Origin: an uncultured SAR86 cluster bacterium
GTDB lineage: Bacteria > Pseudomonadota > Gammaproteobacteria > Magnimaribacterales > D2472
Direction: 5' to 3'
Length of the DNA: 64,000 nt
NCBI GenBank assembly: GCA_902520725.1
Contig: CABYPB010000002.1
Span: forward strand, 8,666-72,665
Part shown: in pieces, positions 50,731 to 59,790 of the stretch
How positions within the stretch are numbered: position 1 is the first letter of the stretch
Layout of the letters: each line of letters begins with the position of its first letter
The notes under the pieces: generated by a model
Told to the model about the DNA's origin: nothing
The model's input: the letters and a program-made list of their open reading frames with translations, nothing else
The model's database searches: none
Program-made: the position numbers and the translations under genes

Positions 50731-52140
50731 TTAATCATTAATATATAAACCAAAACCCTCTTGAAGGCCAATTACTTCATTTGTAGTGGTTCTATCGTTT
50801 GAGGCATAAAAATCCATAGATTCTTTTTTAAATAAAATATAGTTAAGTAAATCAGTTTCGCTATTAGAGTAATCTTTTAGATGGCAGGAATTACAAAAGT
50901 TACTAAACTCTTTTTTATAATCTTGTATTGTTAGCTTATCTGTATCTTCGTTGTTTATAGTTTTAGTTTTATCTATTTTTCTTTTAAGTTTAGAACATAC
51001 TGTTCCTGGTATCTTTCCATAAGATCCATCTACAAGATCTATAAATTCTTTATTAAGTGTTTTATATCTTTTATTATCGAGCACATTCATCAATGCCTGT
51101 GCACCAACAATTTGTGATGATGGTGTTACAAGCGGAACGTATCCAATATCTTTTCTAATCCTAGGAATTTCATCTATAAGCATTTTTAATTTGTTAGATT
51201 TTTTTAAATCTGTAAGTTGTTTTTCAAGAATACTCAACATTCCACCAGGGACCTGGTTTATAAGCATATCAATATCTACACCTCTCATGGAGCCCTCATA
51301 CTGTTCATATTTAGGTCTTATTGATTGAAAATATGATGAGATTTTTGATAATAAATTCATGTCGTAGGGACATGTATTGTCGTCATAAATCATTGACATA
51401 AAACTTTCTGTAGCTGTGTGAGCATATAAATTACTAAAAGATGATATAGATGTATCAATATTATCTACTCCAGCTTCATAAGCTTTGTAATTTGTTGCAT
51501 CAGACAATCCAGTAGTAGAGTGTGTGTGTAGATGAATTGGAATATTTAAATTCTTTTTTAATCTTTTAACTAATTCAAAGCACACTCCTGGCCGCAATAA
51601 TCCAGCCATATCTTTAATTGCTAATGATTTTGCACCACAGTCTTCAATATCTTTTGCTAATTTAATCCAGTAATCCTCATTATGAATAGGACTAGTTGTA
51701 TAACAAATAGTACCTTGAGAGTTCTTTTTTGCTTTATTAACAAATTTAATTGAAGATTGGATATTGTTTATATCATTCAGAGAATCAAATATTCTGAATA
51801 TATCTATACCATGTTTAACGGCATTTGATATAAATAACGAAATAATAGAATCGTCAAACTGCTTATATCCAACTAAGTTTTTACCACGAATTAGCATTTG
51901 TAACTTTGTTTTTTTTAAAGACTTCTTAAAAACCTTTAACCTATCCCATGGATTCTCATTTAAAAATCTTAAACAGCAGTCATAGGTAGCCCCACCCCAT
52001 ACTTCTAAAGAAGAAAAGCCAACATTATCCATAGATTTTAAAATAGGTTTCATATCATCTAAGGTCATTCTTGTTGCTATTAAAGACTGTTGACCATCTC
52101 TTAAGACTACTTCTGTAATATTAGGTTTGTTTTTATTCAT
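50731..52140 (-). CDS. Pyruvate/oxaloacetate carboxyltransferase (OadA/PycB-like) lacking a biotinyl domain
   Basis: LRDGQQSLIATR, EVWGGATYD, IKDMAG, HTH, QVPGGM, PLVTPSSQIVG; no EAMKM motif. Confidence 0.88.
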   Translation of the reverse strand: MNKNKPNITEVVLRDGQQSLIATRMTLDDMKPILKSMDNVGFSSLEVWGGATYDCCLRFLNENPWDRLKVFKKSLKKTKLQMLIRGKNLVGYKQFDDSIISLFISNAVKHGIDIFRIFDSLNDINNIQSSIKFVNKAKKNSQGTICYTTSPIHNEDYWIKLAKDIEDCGAKSLAIKDMAGLLRPGVCFELVKRLKKNLNIPIHLHTHSTTGLSDATNYKAYEAGVDNIDTSISSFSNLYAHTATESFMSMIYDDNTCPYDMNLLSKISSYFQSIRPKYEQYEGSMRGVDIDMLINQVPGGMLSILEKQLTDLKKSNKLKMLIDEIPRIRKDIGYVPLVTPSSQIVGAQALMNVLDNKRYKTLNKEFIDLVDGSYGKIPGTVCSKLKRKIDKTKTINNEDTDKLTIQDYKKEFSNFCNSCHLKDYSNSETDLLNYILFKKESMDFYASNDRTTTNEVIGLQEGFGLYIND

Positions 52141-52195
52141 AATATATATATTGATAATGATTTATATATACTTAGAAATCAAATTATTTATATAT

Positions 52196-52222
52196 AAAAA
52201 ACCCGCCATTGTGCGGGTTATT
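52196..52222 (-). terminator. Rho-independent terminator
   Basis: Minus strand AACCCGC-acaatg-GCGGGTT-TTTT, downstream of the cupin gene. Confidence 0.8.
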
Positions 52223-52237
52223 TAATTGAAGATATAT

Positions 52238-52645
52238 TTAATTAATAAAGATAGTATGTTCTTTTCCAGATTCAGCTACTCTGATAACTAAGAGATCAGA
52301 GCACCCATCACCTAAGTCAGGAGCATCTGCTTCTCCACCATGAACCCAATCAGTTCTTTCAAACCAATATTCACCATTAGAGTAAGTTTTCCACTTGCCT
52401 GTTGATTTTGATTGAGATTCACCATCAAGAACAAAAACTAATGTTCCAGCAGCTGGATGAAAATGTTTTGCAACAGTACCCTGATTGCAAGTTTTACGTC
52501 TTTCAACAATCATGTCCATACCATTTTTCATATCAAATATTTCTGATGATATTAAACCTGGAAATGACTTTGTTTCATCTGCATCATCTGCATTAATGTT
52601 TAATGTTGTAGTTAGTAAAATAAAAAGACTTAAATAAATTTTCAT
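52238..52645 (-). CDS. Exported cupin-domain protein
   Basis: Signal peptide; KHFHP...VFVLDGE and GEYWFE...VH cupin motifs. Confidence 0.8.
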   Translation of the reverse strand: MKIYLSLFILLTTTLNINADDADETKSFPGLISSEIFDMKNGMDMIVERRKTCNQGTVAKHFHPAAGTLVFVLDGESQSKSTGKWKTYSNGEYWFERTDWVHGGEADAPDLGDGCSDLLVIRVAESGKEHTIFIN

Positions 52646-52646
52646 A

Positions 52647-53378
52647 TTACTCTCCAGTGTAAAATTTAACTAATGATACAAGTTCGACATTAACATTTTG
52701 TCTATAGTCCTTTATATCCTTAGAAAATTCTGCGTAGGCATCTGATGAAAGAACTGCCTTTTGAGTCGTTAATAATGCATCTAATGATTCGTTACCAACG
52801 TAAACCATATGTGACGAATATCTATTTCCAAAAAGGACTCTATTCATTCCAAATGAACCATTCACATTATCTAAGTTAGCTGACATCATTTTTTTCCAAG
52901 AATTTAAATAATGACTTTCATGACCTTCATCAACTTTGAAATTATATTTTGCAAAAACTGTATCTGTGGTCCATTGACTTGCAGCTACAACATTTTCAGC
53001 AACCCAATTCCATGATCTATCAGTATCAGTATTTTTTTGAAATGACTTGATCATAAATGCAGATTCACTACATGAATTAAATATAGCTCTTCCCTTTTCC
53101 ATTTTTTCTGCATTTTCATATACAACCAAAATAAAATGTGAGCTTCCAGATCCCCTTAACGACCAAAGACTTACACCAACATCTGATTCACTTCTCCATT
53201 TTTCTGCACATTTAGATTTATCAAACTTATCTAAAGCCATCATAAAATTTTGTGGATCAGTTACTGTTAAGTAATTGAACTCCATAATAGTTCCATCACT
53301 TTCCATTTTTACTTCTTCTGCAGTAATGTTTACATTGAAACAAAAAACTACAAGAGCAGCACATAAATATTTTTTCAT
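52647..53378 (-). CDS. Exported hypothetical protein with two similar halves (NIPSNAP/dimeric barrel-like)
   Basis: MKKYL signal peptide after a GGAG SD (start moved); both halves carry an SSH-hydrophobic strand motif. Confidence 0.65.
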   Translation of the reverse strand: MKKYLCAALVVFCFNVNITAEEVKMESDGTIMEFNYLTVTDPQNFMMALDKFDKSKCAEKWRSESDVGVSLWSLRGSGSSHFILVVYENAEKMEKGRAIFNSCSESAFMIKSFQKNTDTDRSWNWVAENVVAASQWTTDTVFAKYNFKVDEGHESHYLNSWKKMMSANLDNVNGSFGMNRVLFGNRYSSHMVYVGNESLDALLTTQKAVLSSDAYAEFSKDIKDYRQNVNVELVSLVKFYTGE

Positions 53379-53492
53379 AATTCTCTCTCCTAATATGAAT
53401 ATTAATAATACATTAATCAAAGTAATAAGAGTTTTTATTTATGTAAATAATTTGGATATATATATAGATAATATACATATATTTATTTTTAA

Positions 53493-53529
53493 TATTTATA
53501 ATCTGTATTATTATAAAAGATTATAAATA
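53493..53529. promoter_or_regulatory. Perfect 12-bp inverted repeat next to an SD
   Basis: TATTTATAATCT-N13-AGATTATAAATA immediately before AGGGAG. Confidence 0.5.
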
Positions 53530-53541
53530 AGGGAGAAAAAT

Positions 53542-53922
53542 ATGGCTGAATATCAAATATTAAACCTAATGCAAGTTGGATTCATTCAAAATTCAATGTA
53601 TTTTGTTGGAATGGTATTGTTTACTTGGTTGGGTTTTAGAATGGCTAATAATATGTACAATAGTCCTGATGCCAATATGCTTGGAAAAGTTTTTACATCA
53701 GTATTTTGTATTTTTGTTGCTGCATTTATGTTTGGTGTAAACCAAATTGGTGGATCAATATTAGAATCTGCTGTAATGAATTTAAGTGAAATTGGCGCAC
53801 CTTCTGCTGAAAGAATGGCTGCATATCTTGATTTTCCTCTTGTTGTTGGAGCACCACTTCAAACAGCATTTGTATTATTCATACTTGCATTTCAATTAGC
53901 TATAACTTGGTCTAAAAAATAA
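53542..53922 (+). CDS. Hypothetical membrane protein (about 3 TM helices)
   Basis: Hydrophobic ORF with strong SD (AGGGAG) and its own terminator. Confidence 0.8.
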   Translation: MAEYQILNLMQVGFIQNSMYFVGMVLFTWLGFRMANNMYNSPDANMLGKVFTSVFCIFVAAFMFGVNQIGGSILESAVMNLSEIGAPSAERMAAYLDFPLVVGAPLQTAFVLFILAFQLAITWSKK

Positions 53923-53931
53923 CAAAAATAT

Positions 53932-53955
53932 GGGGTCTTTATGACCCCTTTTTTT
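53932..53955 (+). terminator. Rho-independent terminator
   Basis: GGGGTC-tttat-GACCCC-TTTTTTT. Confidence 0.85.
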
Positions 53956-53957
53956 AA

Positions 53958-54821
53958 ATGATAAAATCAAAATTTACAAGCCAAATAGTTTGTATTTTTA
54001 TTTATGTTATTTCCTTTTATTTATCATATTTACTTCTACCAGAATCAATAACTGATACGTGGTCGAAGATTGTTGTTTGGCATATATTCGCAACAATATT
54101 TATATATATTGGAAGTTTAATTCTAAATAATTCAAGCTTATATGATCCATTTTGGTCAATTGCACCTGTTCCAATAGTGGTATATTTAACGTTGTCATTT
54201 AAAAATACTATTGAACTTATTGTCCTTGTTTCTTTGCCTATATTTTTTTGGGCAATTAGATTAACAAGAAACTGGTTAATAAGTTGGCAAGGTTTTGATC
54301 ATGAAGATTTTAGATATATAGATCTAAAAAATACGAATAGAGTTCAGGCTGAAATTAATAATTTTTTTGGAATCCATTTAGTACCAACAATGTTAGTTAA
54401 TATTGGACTTTATCCTTTGATATATATAACTACAAATGAAATCGAAACTAATATATTTTTATATTTAGCTTCAATATTTACAATCGTGGCTGTAATTCTT
54501 GAAACTGTATCAGATGAGCAGATGAGAGAATTTAAGAGCAACGATGAAAATAAAGGGAAAACAATGAAATATAAACTATGGAAGTATTCTCGCCATCCAA
54601 ACTATTTGGGTGAAGTTTTATTTTGGTATGGTATTTATTTTATGGGTCTTTCATCAGGCTTAGCATCATATTGGACAATATTATGTCCAACATTGATGTT
54701 AGCTCTATTTATATTCGTTTCATGTCCCATGATGGACAAAAGAAGTCTAAATAATAGAGTTGACTACAAAGAATATATGGATAAAACATCACAACTTTTA
54801 TTACTTCCACCAAAATCATAA
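53958..54821 (+). CDS. DUF1295 (steroid 5-alpha-reductase-like) membrane protein
   Basis: NSSLYDPFWS, EDFRY, D.QM..F, LWKYSRHPNYLGE. Confidence 0.88.
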   Translation: MIKSKFTSQIVCIFIYVISFYLSYLLLPESITDTWSKIVVWHIFATIFIYIGSLILNNSSLYDPFWSIAPVPIVVYLTLSFKNTIELIVLVSLPIFFWAIRLTRNWLISWQGFDHEDFRYIDLKNTNRVQAEINNFFGIHLVPTMLVNIGLYPLIYITTNEIETNIFLYLASIFTIVAVILETVSDEQMREFKSNDENKGKTMKYKLWKYSRHPNYLGEVLFWYGIYFMGLSSGLASYWTILCPTLMLALFIFVSCPMMDKRSLNNRVDYKEYMDKTSQLLLLPPKS

Positions 54822-54858
54822 ATTGGTATTATTAATTTAAGAATTGTAGAATTAAATA

Positions 54859-55275
54859 ATGAATGAATTAAATTTAGTACAAAAGTTTATTTGGTTATCC
54901 GAAAGAGTCATTTTATTAATAATTGCACTTGCTACAATTTATGCATCGGGTATTGAAATAGTAAGGATGATTAATGAAGAGATGGTTAATTTAAGTGATC
55001 TATTCTTATTATTTATATATGCAGAAGTTCTTGGTATGGTCGCGACATTTTATGCAAATAATAGAATACCAGTTACTTTACCCTTAATTATTGCTATGAC
55101 GGCACTTACTAGAATGATTATTCTTCAGAGCAAAGATCTCAATGCGATTAATATTATTTATGAAGCATCTGGTATATTAATTTTATCTATCGCTGCGTAT
55201 ATAATGACTTTAAAAGATAAAATTAGTCTAAAAAAACTTCTTCTAAGAGATAAGATAGAAGAAAGTGATTCATAA
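54859..55275 (+). CDS. psiE: Phosphate-starvation-inducible PsiE family protein
   Basis: DLFLLFIYAEVLGMV, IPV..PLIIAMTALTR.IIL. Confidence 0.85.
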   Translation: MNELNLVQKFIWLSERVILLIIALATIYASGIEIVRMINEEMVNLSDLFLLFIYAEVLGMVATFYANNRIPVTLPLIIAMTALTRMIILQSKDLNAINIIYEASGILILSIAAYIMTLKDKISLKKLLLRDKIEESDS

Positions 55276-55276
55276 T

Positions 55277-55996
55277 TTAAATAGAATATTGATTTAATTC
55301 TTCATATATAGGCATTGCCTTTTCTACAATTCTTCTTTCATTATCTGAGAGAGTTATTTCTTTAATTTCTTCAGGTTCAAATGATGTTGAATTCATAACA
55401 GATGGATACCAATGAGATGCCCAGACACCATCATAATTTTTTATTCCAGACGACCATTGCAACATATTTAAATCCCAACCTATGCCAACTAATTTACAAA
55501 ACTTTTTTAGCACTCTCTCAGGATTACACCTTAATTTTGAAGCATCAATTATTACAGGATTTTCATCAAGATTGTTTTTAACATAATTAAATATATCGTA
55601 TTGTTGTTTAAAACCAATGTCTTCAAAATCTCCATCTTTCCATGATTTCATAAAACTCTTAACAACCATTTCAGGATTCCTTATTAGGAAACAATTACAT
55701 AGAGTGTTTAACCAACTAAAATCCTTATCAAGAATATGGTGAGTCATATGTTTTTGATAAGTAATTCCAATATTAGATTTTATGCATAAATTTTTTACAT
55801 CTTCAATATCATTTAATTGACTTTTAATTACTTCCTCTTTCATGGGATGATCTTTATCTGTGGATAATAAATATGAAGCATAAAAAGGCTCATCCAAGAC
55901 GTTTGTTACATCTTTTCTATTTCCAAAACTTCTCATCAGTGCTGTGGAAAGATTTCTGGGCCCAGACCACATAGCAATAACAATATTTTTATTCAT
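55277..55996 (-). CDS. Sulfotransferase-like P-loop protein (associated with class IV aminotransferases)
   Basis: IAMWSGPRNLSTALMRSF, DEPFY, YQKHMTHH, FLIRNP, ML.W..G....DGVWA.HWY. Confidence 0.8.
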   Translation of the reverse strand: MNKNIVIAMWSGPRNLSTALMRSFGNRKDVTNVLDEPFYASYLLSTDKDHPMKEEVIKSQLNDIEDVKNLCIKSNIGITYQKHMTHHILDKDFSWLNTLCNCFLIRNPEMVVKSFMKSWKDGDFEDIGFKQQYDIFNYVKNNLDENPVIIDASKLRCNPERVLKKFCKLVGIGWDLNMLQWSSGIKNYDGVWASHWYPSVMNSTSFEPEEIKEITLSDNERRIVEKAMPIYEELNQYSI

Positions 55997-56876
55997 TAAT
56001 TAAATTTTTATAAAGAGCTCTTAATTTTTCGGTTATAGGCCATCCATTTTTAACTTTTCCAATAGAGCGCCCATCAATTTCTAAAACTTGTGTTAATGAC
56101 CCTAAAGTTCCTGTAACAAAAGCTTCTTGTGATGAATAAACATCTACTAAAGAAAAGTTTTTTTCAAAAATCGGAATATTATTCTCATGACACAATTGAA
56201 TAACTTTTAACCTCGTAATGCCATTCATACAATAATCACCGCTGCTAGTCCAAACTTCATTATTTTTAACTATAAAGAAGTTACATGAATTAGTAGTATT
56301 TACAAATCCGTAATGATCTAACATTAAAGCCTCATCAGCTCCTGCTTTATTTGCCTGTATGCAAGCTAAAATACAATTAAGTTTAGAATGGCTGTTAAGT
56401 TTTGGATCTTGGGACATTGGCAAGCCTCTCACTTGAGGAACTGTAGCAAGAACTAAACCTTCTTTAATAGTATCTGTCTCAGAATGCTCCATTATAATTA
56501 CAAAATTTATTCCATCTGACAATGAGGGTTGTTGAAAAGGTTTTGCTTTATTTCCTCTTGTAATCATGATTCTTGCATGAGCTGAATCATTCATACTATT
56601 AATCTTTTGTGTTTCAAATATAGCTTTTTTAATATCATCAACAGAAAGATTTATTTCAATATCTATAGCCCTACAACCTTCGAATAATCTTTTTAAATGA
56701 TCATCTAAGAACATCCATTTATTATTTACAAGCCTTATACCTTCCCAAATACCATCTCCTAATAGATAGCCACTATCAAAGACTGAAATTTTAGCTTCAT
56801 TGCGATTATGAAATGAACCATTAATGTATATCTTTATATTTTCATTTCTTTTATCTAAATTTTTATTTACAGGCAT
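55989..56876 (-). CDS. PLP fold-type IV aminotransferase-like protein
   Basis: ISVFDSG.LLGDGIWEG, HLKRL, EALMLD, GITR, EAFVTGT. Confidence 0.88.
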   Translation of the reverse strand: MPVNKNLDKRNENIKIYINGSFHNRNEAKISVFDSGYLLGDGIWEGIRLVNNKWMFLDDHLKRLFEGCRAIDIEINLSVDDIKKAIFETQKINSMNDSAHARIMITRGNKAKPFQQPSLSDGINFVIIMEHSETDTIKEGLVLATVPQVRGLPMSQDPKLNSHSKLNCILACIQANKAGADEALMLDHYGFVNTTNSCNFFIVKNNEVWTSSGDYCMNGITRLKVIQLCHENNIPIFEKNFSLVDVYSSQEAFVTGTLGSLTQVLEIDGRSIGKVKNGWPITEKLRALYKNLINE

Positions 56877-56881
56877 AATTA

Positions 56882-57805
56882 TTAAAAACTAATATCTCCC
56901 ATTTTTTTGCAAATTATATTAAATTCTTCAATTGTTTCATCTATGATTTCTTTTACTGTCTTTATTTCATTTATAAGTCCAGATGACTGGCCTGAAAGTG
57001 CAGGAGCTGCCTCCATATCACCTTTAAAATATAAATCTTGTATTTTTAACATGGAAGAAATATCCATTTGTCCTTTTTGATTGATATCGTGTGTTAGTTT
57101 TGATTTAAGGGCTCTTATTACTGGTTTGGATGTCTTATTTAGAACTAGAGTACCGTCGATACCAGATTCTAAAATTTTATTCTTAAAATTATTGTGAACT
57201 GGACTTTCTTTACTAGATACAAATCTTGTTCCCATTTGGATACCTTCAGCACCAGCAGCAAATATAGCTGCCATACCAGCTCCATCAATTATTCCTCCGG
57301 CTGCTACCATTGGAATATCTATATTTTGTTTAATAGACTGGATTAATACCAGCAATCCAACCTCTTCAGGGCTCTTAAAGCCGCCACCTTCTGTTCCTTC
57401 CACAACAAGCCCATCAACGCCTGCTTTGTATGCCTTTATAGCTCCGGCTAAGCTTGGTACAGCATGATATACAGTGATCCCAGCATTTTTTAGTGTTTGA
57501 ATATACTTTGTTGGATCTCCAGCTGAAGTCGTTACAAATTTTACACCTGATTTAACACAAAACTTAACCATAGAATCATCTTTTAAAAATAATAATGGAA
57601 GATTTACCCCAAATGGTTTGTTTGTTAATTTAGACATCAACTGTATTTCTTTCTTACAATTTTCTATTTCACCAGATGATGTTTCTATTATTCCCATACC
57701 GCCAGCCTCACAAACTGCTGATGCAAGTTGTGATCTAGCTATCCAACCCATAGGCGCTTGAATAATTGGAAATTTTGAACCTGTATCTTTTGTAACTCTA
57801 TTCAT
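56882..57805 (-). CDS. Nitronate monooxygenase / FabK-like flavoprotein
   Basis: PIIQAPMG, PFGVNL, VAAGGI.DG, GIQMGTRF..S.ES..H, GQS.GLI. Confidence 0.85.
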   Translation of the reverse strand: MNRVTKDTGSKFPIIQAPMGWIARSQLASAVCEAGGMGIIETSSGEIENCKKEIQLMSKLTNKPFGVNLPLLFLKDDSMVKFCVKSGVKFVTTSAGDPTKYIQTLKNAGITVYHAVPSLAGAIKAYKAGVDGLVVEGTEGGGFKSPEEVGLLVLIQSIKQNIDIPMVAAGGIIDGAGMAAIFAAGAEGIQMGTRFVSSKESPVHNNFKNKILESGIDGTLVLNKTSKPVIRALKSKLTHDINQKGQMDISSMLKIQDLYFKGDMEAAPALSGQSSGLINEIKTVKEIIDETIEEFNIICKKMGDISF

Positions 57806-57872
57806 TAAGTTTTAAATAATATAAAAATTAAATTAATATATAGTAAGTATAGTGTTTTTAGGGGAATAATAT

Positions 57873-58274
57873 ATGCAAGTAATTAATAAGTTATTACCAA
57901 ATGAAGTTCAAATAAATGGTTTTTTAGAAAATCCTGATATTGGACCAATATCAATGGTTAATTTGCTGAAATATAAAGATAAAGCAGAATATAAAGACGG
58001 TCGTGATACTAAGCTGAGTGGTGAAGAAGCATATGCTTTATATGCTATGGAAGTTATAAATTATGTTGAAAAATATGGTGGTGAGTTTATTTTTGCAGGT
58101 AAGGTAAGTAGATTAATGTTGGGTGAAGTTGAAGAATTATGGGATGCTGTTGCAATTGCTAAATATCCAAATAGACAAGCAATGTTAGATATGACAATGG
58201 ATCCGGAATATCAAAAGATTCATGTTCATAGAGATGCGGGACTAGAGGGTCAGCTTAATATAGAAACAATCTAA
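57873..58274 (+). CDS. DUF1330 domain protein
   Basis: PISMVNLLKYK, SGEEAY..Y, WD.VAI..YP.R, HRDAGL. Confidence 0.82.
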   Translation: MQVINKLLPNEVQINGFLENPDIGPISMVNLLKYKDKAEYKDGRDTKLSGEEAYALYAMEVINYVEKYGGEFIFAGKVSRLMLGEVEELWDAVAIAKYPNRQAMLDMTMDPEYQKIHVHRDAGLEGQLNIETI

Positions 58275-58278
58275 AAAT

Positions 58279-59331
58279 ATGAAAAAAATATTAATTTTTA
58301 TAAGTTTTGTCGTTTCAATATTTATTATTGGTCTAGTGTCAATAAACACTCATTCAGTTCAAGACAGAATTTTAAATATTGGTATAAAAAACATTCTTTT
58401 TAGTGCAGAACCATTTTTAGATAAAGAAGATACATTAAAAGTTGTTATTTGTGGTTCAAGATCCCCTCTTCCTTCTCCTGGACGAGCTGAATCTTGTGTA
58501 CTTGTAGAAGCTGGTGATGATATATACATCTTTGATCTAGGTAATGGAAGTATGGACAACCTTTTTCAATACCAAGTGCCATGGCCAAATGTAAAAGCAA
58601 TTTTAGTAACACACATGCACTCAGATCACATTGCAGACTTACCAGATGCCCATCTTCAATCTTGGGTACAAGGAAGAAATGCGCCATTAATGGTTTATGG
58701 TCCAGAGGGAATAAATCTTGTTACAAAAGGATTTGAGCTAGCATACTCAGCAGATTATCAGTATAGAAATGAACATCATGGAGATGACATGTTACCAATG
58801 AGTGTTGCAGGATATAATGCAATCCAAATTAGGGATAATAAATTTATTCCAAATGATACGCCAGGATTAGAAATATTGCCGTTTGTTGTGGATCACTATC
58901 CGGTAAATTCAGCTTTCGGTTTCAAAATATCCTACAAAGGAAGAACAGTGGTTATAAGTGGAGACACTATTCATGATGGAACTGTTCAAAAATATTCAAA
59001 AGATGTTGATCTACTCGTACATTCTGCAATATCAATAGATCTAGTTGAAAGAATGAGAGAGGTTGCTCCATTGCCACAGTTAAACAAAATATTATTTGAT
59101 ATACAGGATTATCACACGAGCATAAATGAAGCTGGGGAAATTGCTAGAGATGCAAATGTAAAACATTTGCTCATTTACCATTCCATACCAACTCCTCGAA
59201 ATAATTTAATGGAAAGAGTATTTTTCAGACCCATAGAAGCTATATATGAAGACTATACTCTTTCAGATGATGGAACTAGGGTTGTTATGCCTGTAGGTAA
59301 TAATGAAATAGTTATTGATAAAATAAATTAA
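58279..59331 (+). CDS. Metallo-beta-lactamase fold hydrolase (RNase Z/AtsA-like) with N-terminal anchor
   Basis: GSRSPLP, DLGNG, THMHSDH, VDH, ISGDT, DYHT, IYH. Confidence 0.85.
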   Translation: MKKILIFISFVVSIFIIGLVSINTHSVQDRILNIGIKNILFSAEPFLDKEDTLKVVICGSRSPLPSPGRAESCVLVEAGDDIYIFDLGNGSMDNLFQYQVPWPNVKAILVTHMHSDHIADLPDAHLQSWVQGRNAPLMVYGPEGINLVTKGFELAYSADYQYRNEHHGDDMLPMSVAGYNAIQIRDNKFIPNDTPGLEILPFVVDHYPVNSAFGFKISYKGRTVVISGDTIHDGTVQKYSKDVDLLVHSAISIDLVERMREVAPLPQLNKILFDIQDYHTSINEAGEIARDANVKHLLIYHSIPTPRNNLMERVFFRPIEAIYEDYTLSDDGTRVVMPVGNNEIVIDKIN

Positions 59332-59789
59332 TGACATTTTTTCCTAATAAATTAAATGATGATTACAAAGGTTCCAAATTGGCGATATACGGTCTTTATC
59401 CTATTTTTGCTTTATATATGTTTAGATCACTTGTACATTTCCTTTCAGAAAACGCTGGTCTTGTTGGAATTGCAACAATAAAAGAACTTCCAATTATAGA
59501 TACTATGGATCCAAATAACTTAGTTTATTTATTTGCATCGCTTTGGGGAGCAACCCAGGTATCATTAACATTAGTTTTATTAATTTTATTTATTAAATAT
59601 AAAAGCCTAGTACCGTTAATATATATGATATGTCTCTTAGATCATTGCTTTAGATTAATTTCAGGCTCACTTCATCCTTTGACTGATGATTACTATATAA
59701 ACACACCACCTGGGGTAATTGGCAATATACCAATATTGATATACTTTATGATAATGTTTTATTTGTCATTAAAAAAAGGAAATACATAA
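59331..59789 (+). CDS. Hypothetical membrane protein (about 4 TM helices)
   Basis: Hydrophobic ORF, translationally coupled (TAATG) to the upstream gene. Confidence 0.75.
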   Translation: MTFFPNKLNDDYKGSKLAIYGLYPIFALYMFRSLVHFLSENAGLVGIATIKELPIIDTMDPNNLVYLFASLWGATQVSLTLVLLILFIKYKSLVPLIYMICLLDHCFRLISGSLHPLTDDYYINTPPGVIGNIPILIYFMIMFYLSLKKGNT

Positions 59790-59790
59790 T

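Noticed and set aside
52153-52171. Fur-box-like GATAATGATTTATATATAC upstream of the carboxyltransferase
   Set aside because: Only 12/19 match, right half absent, in nearly pure AT sequence.
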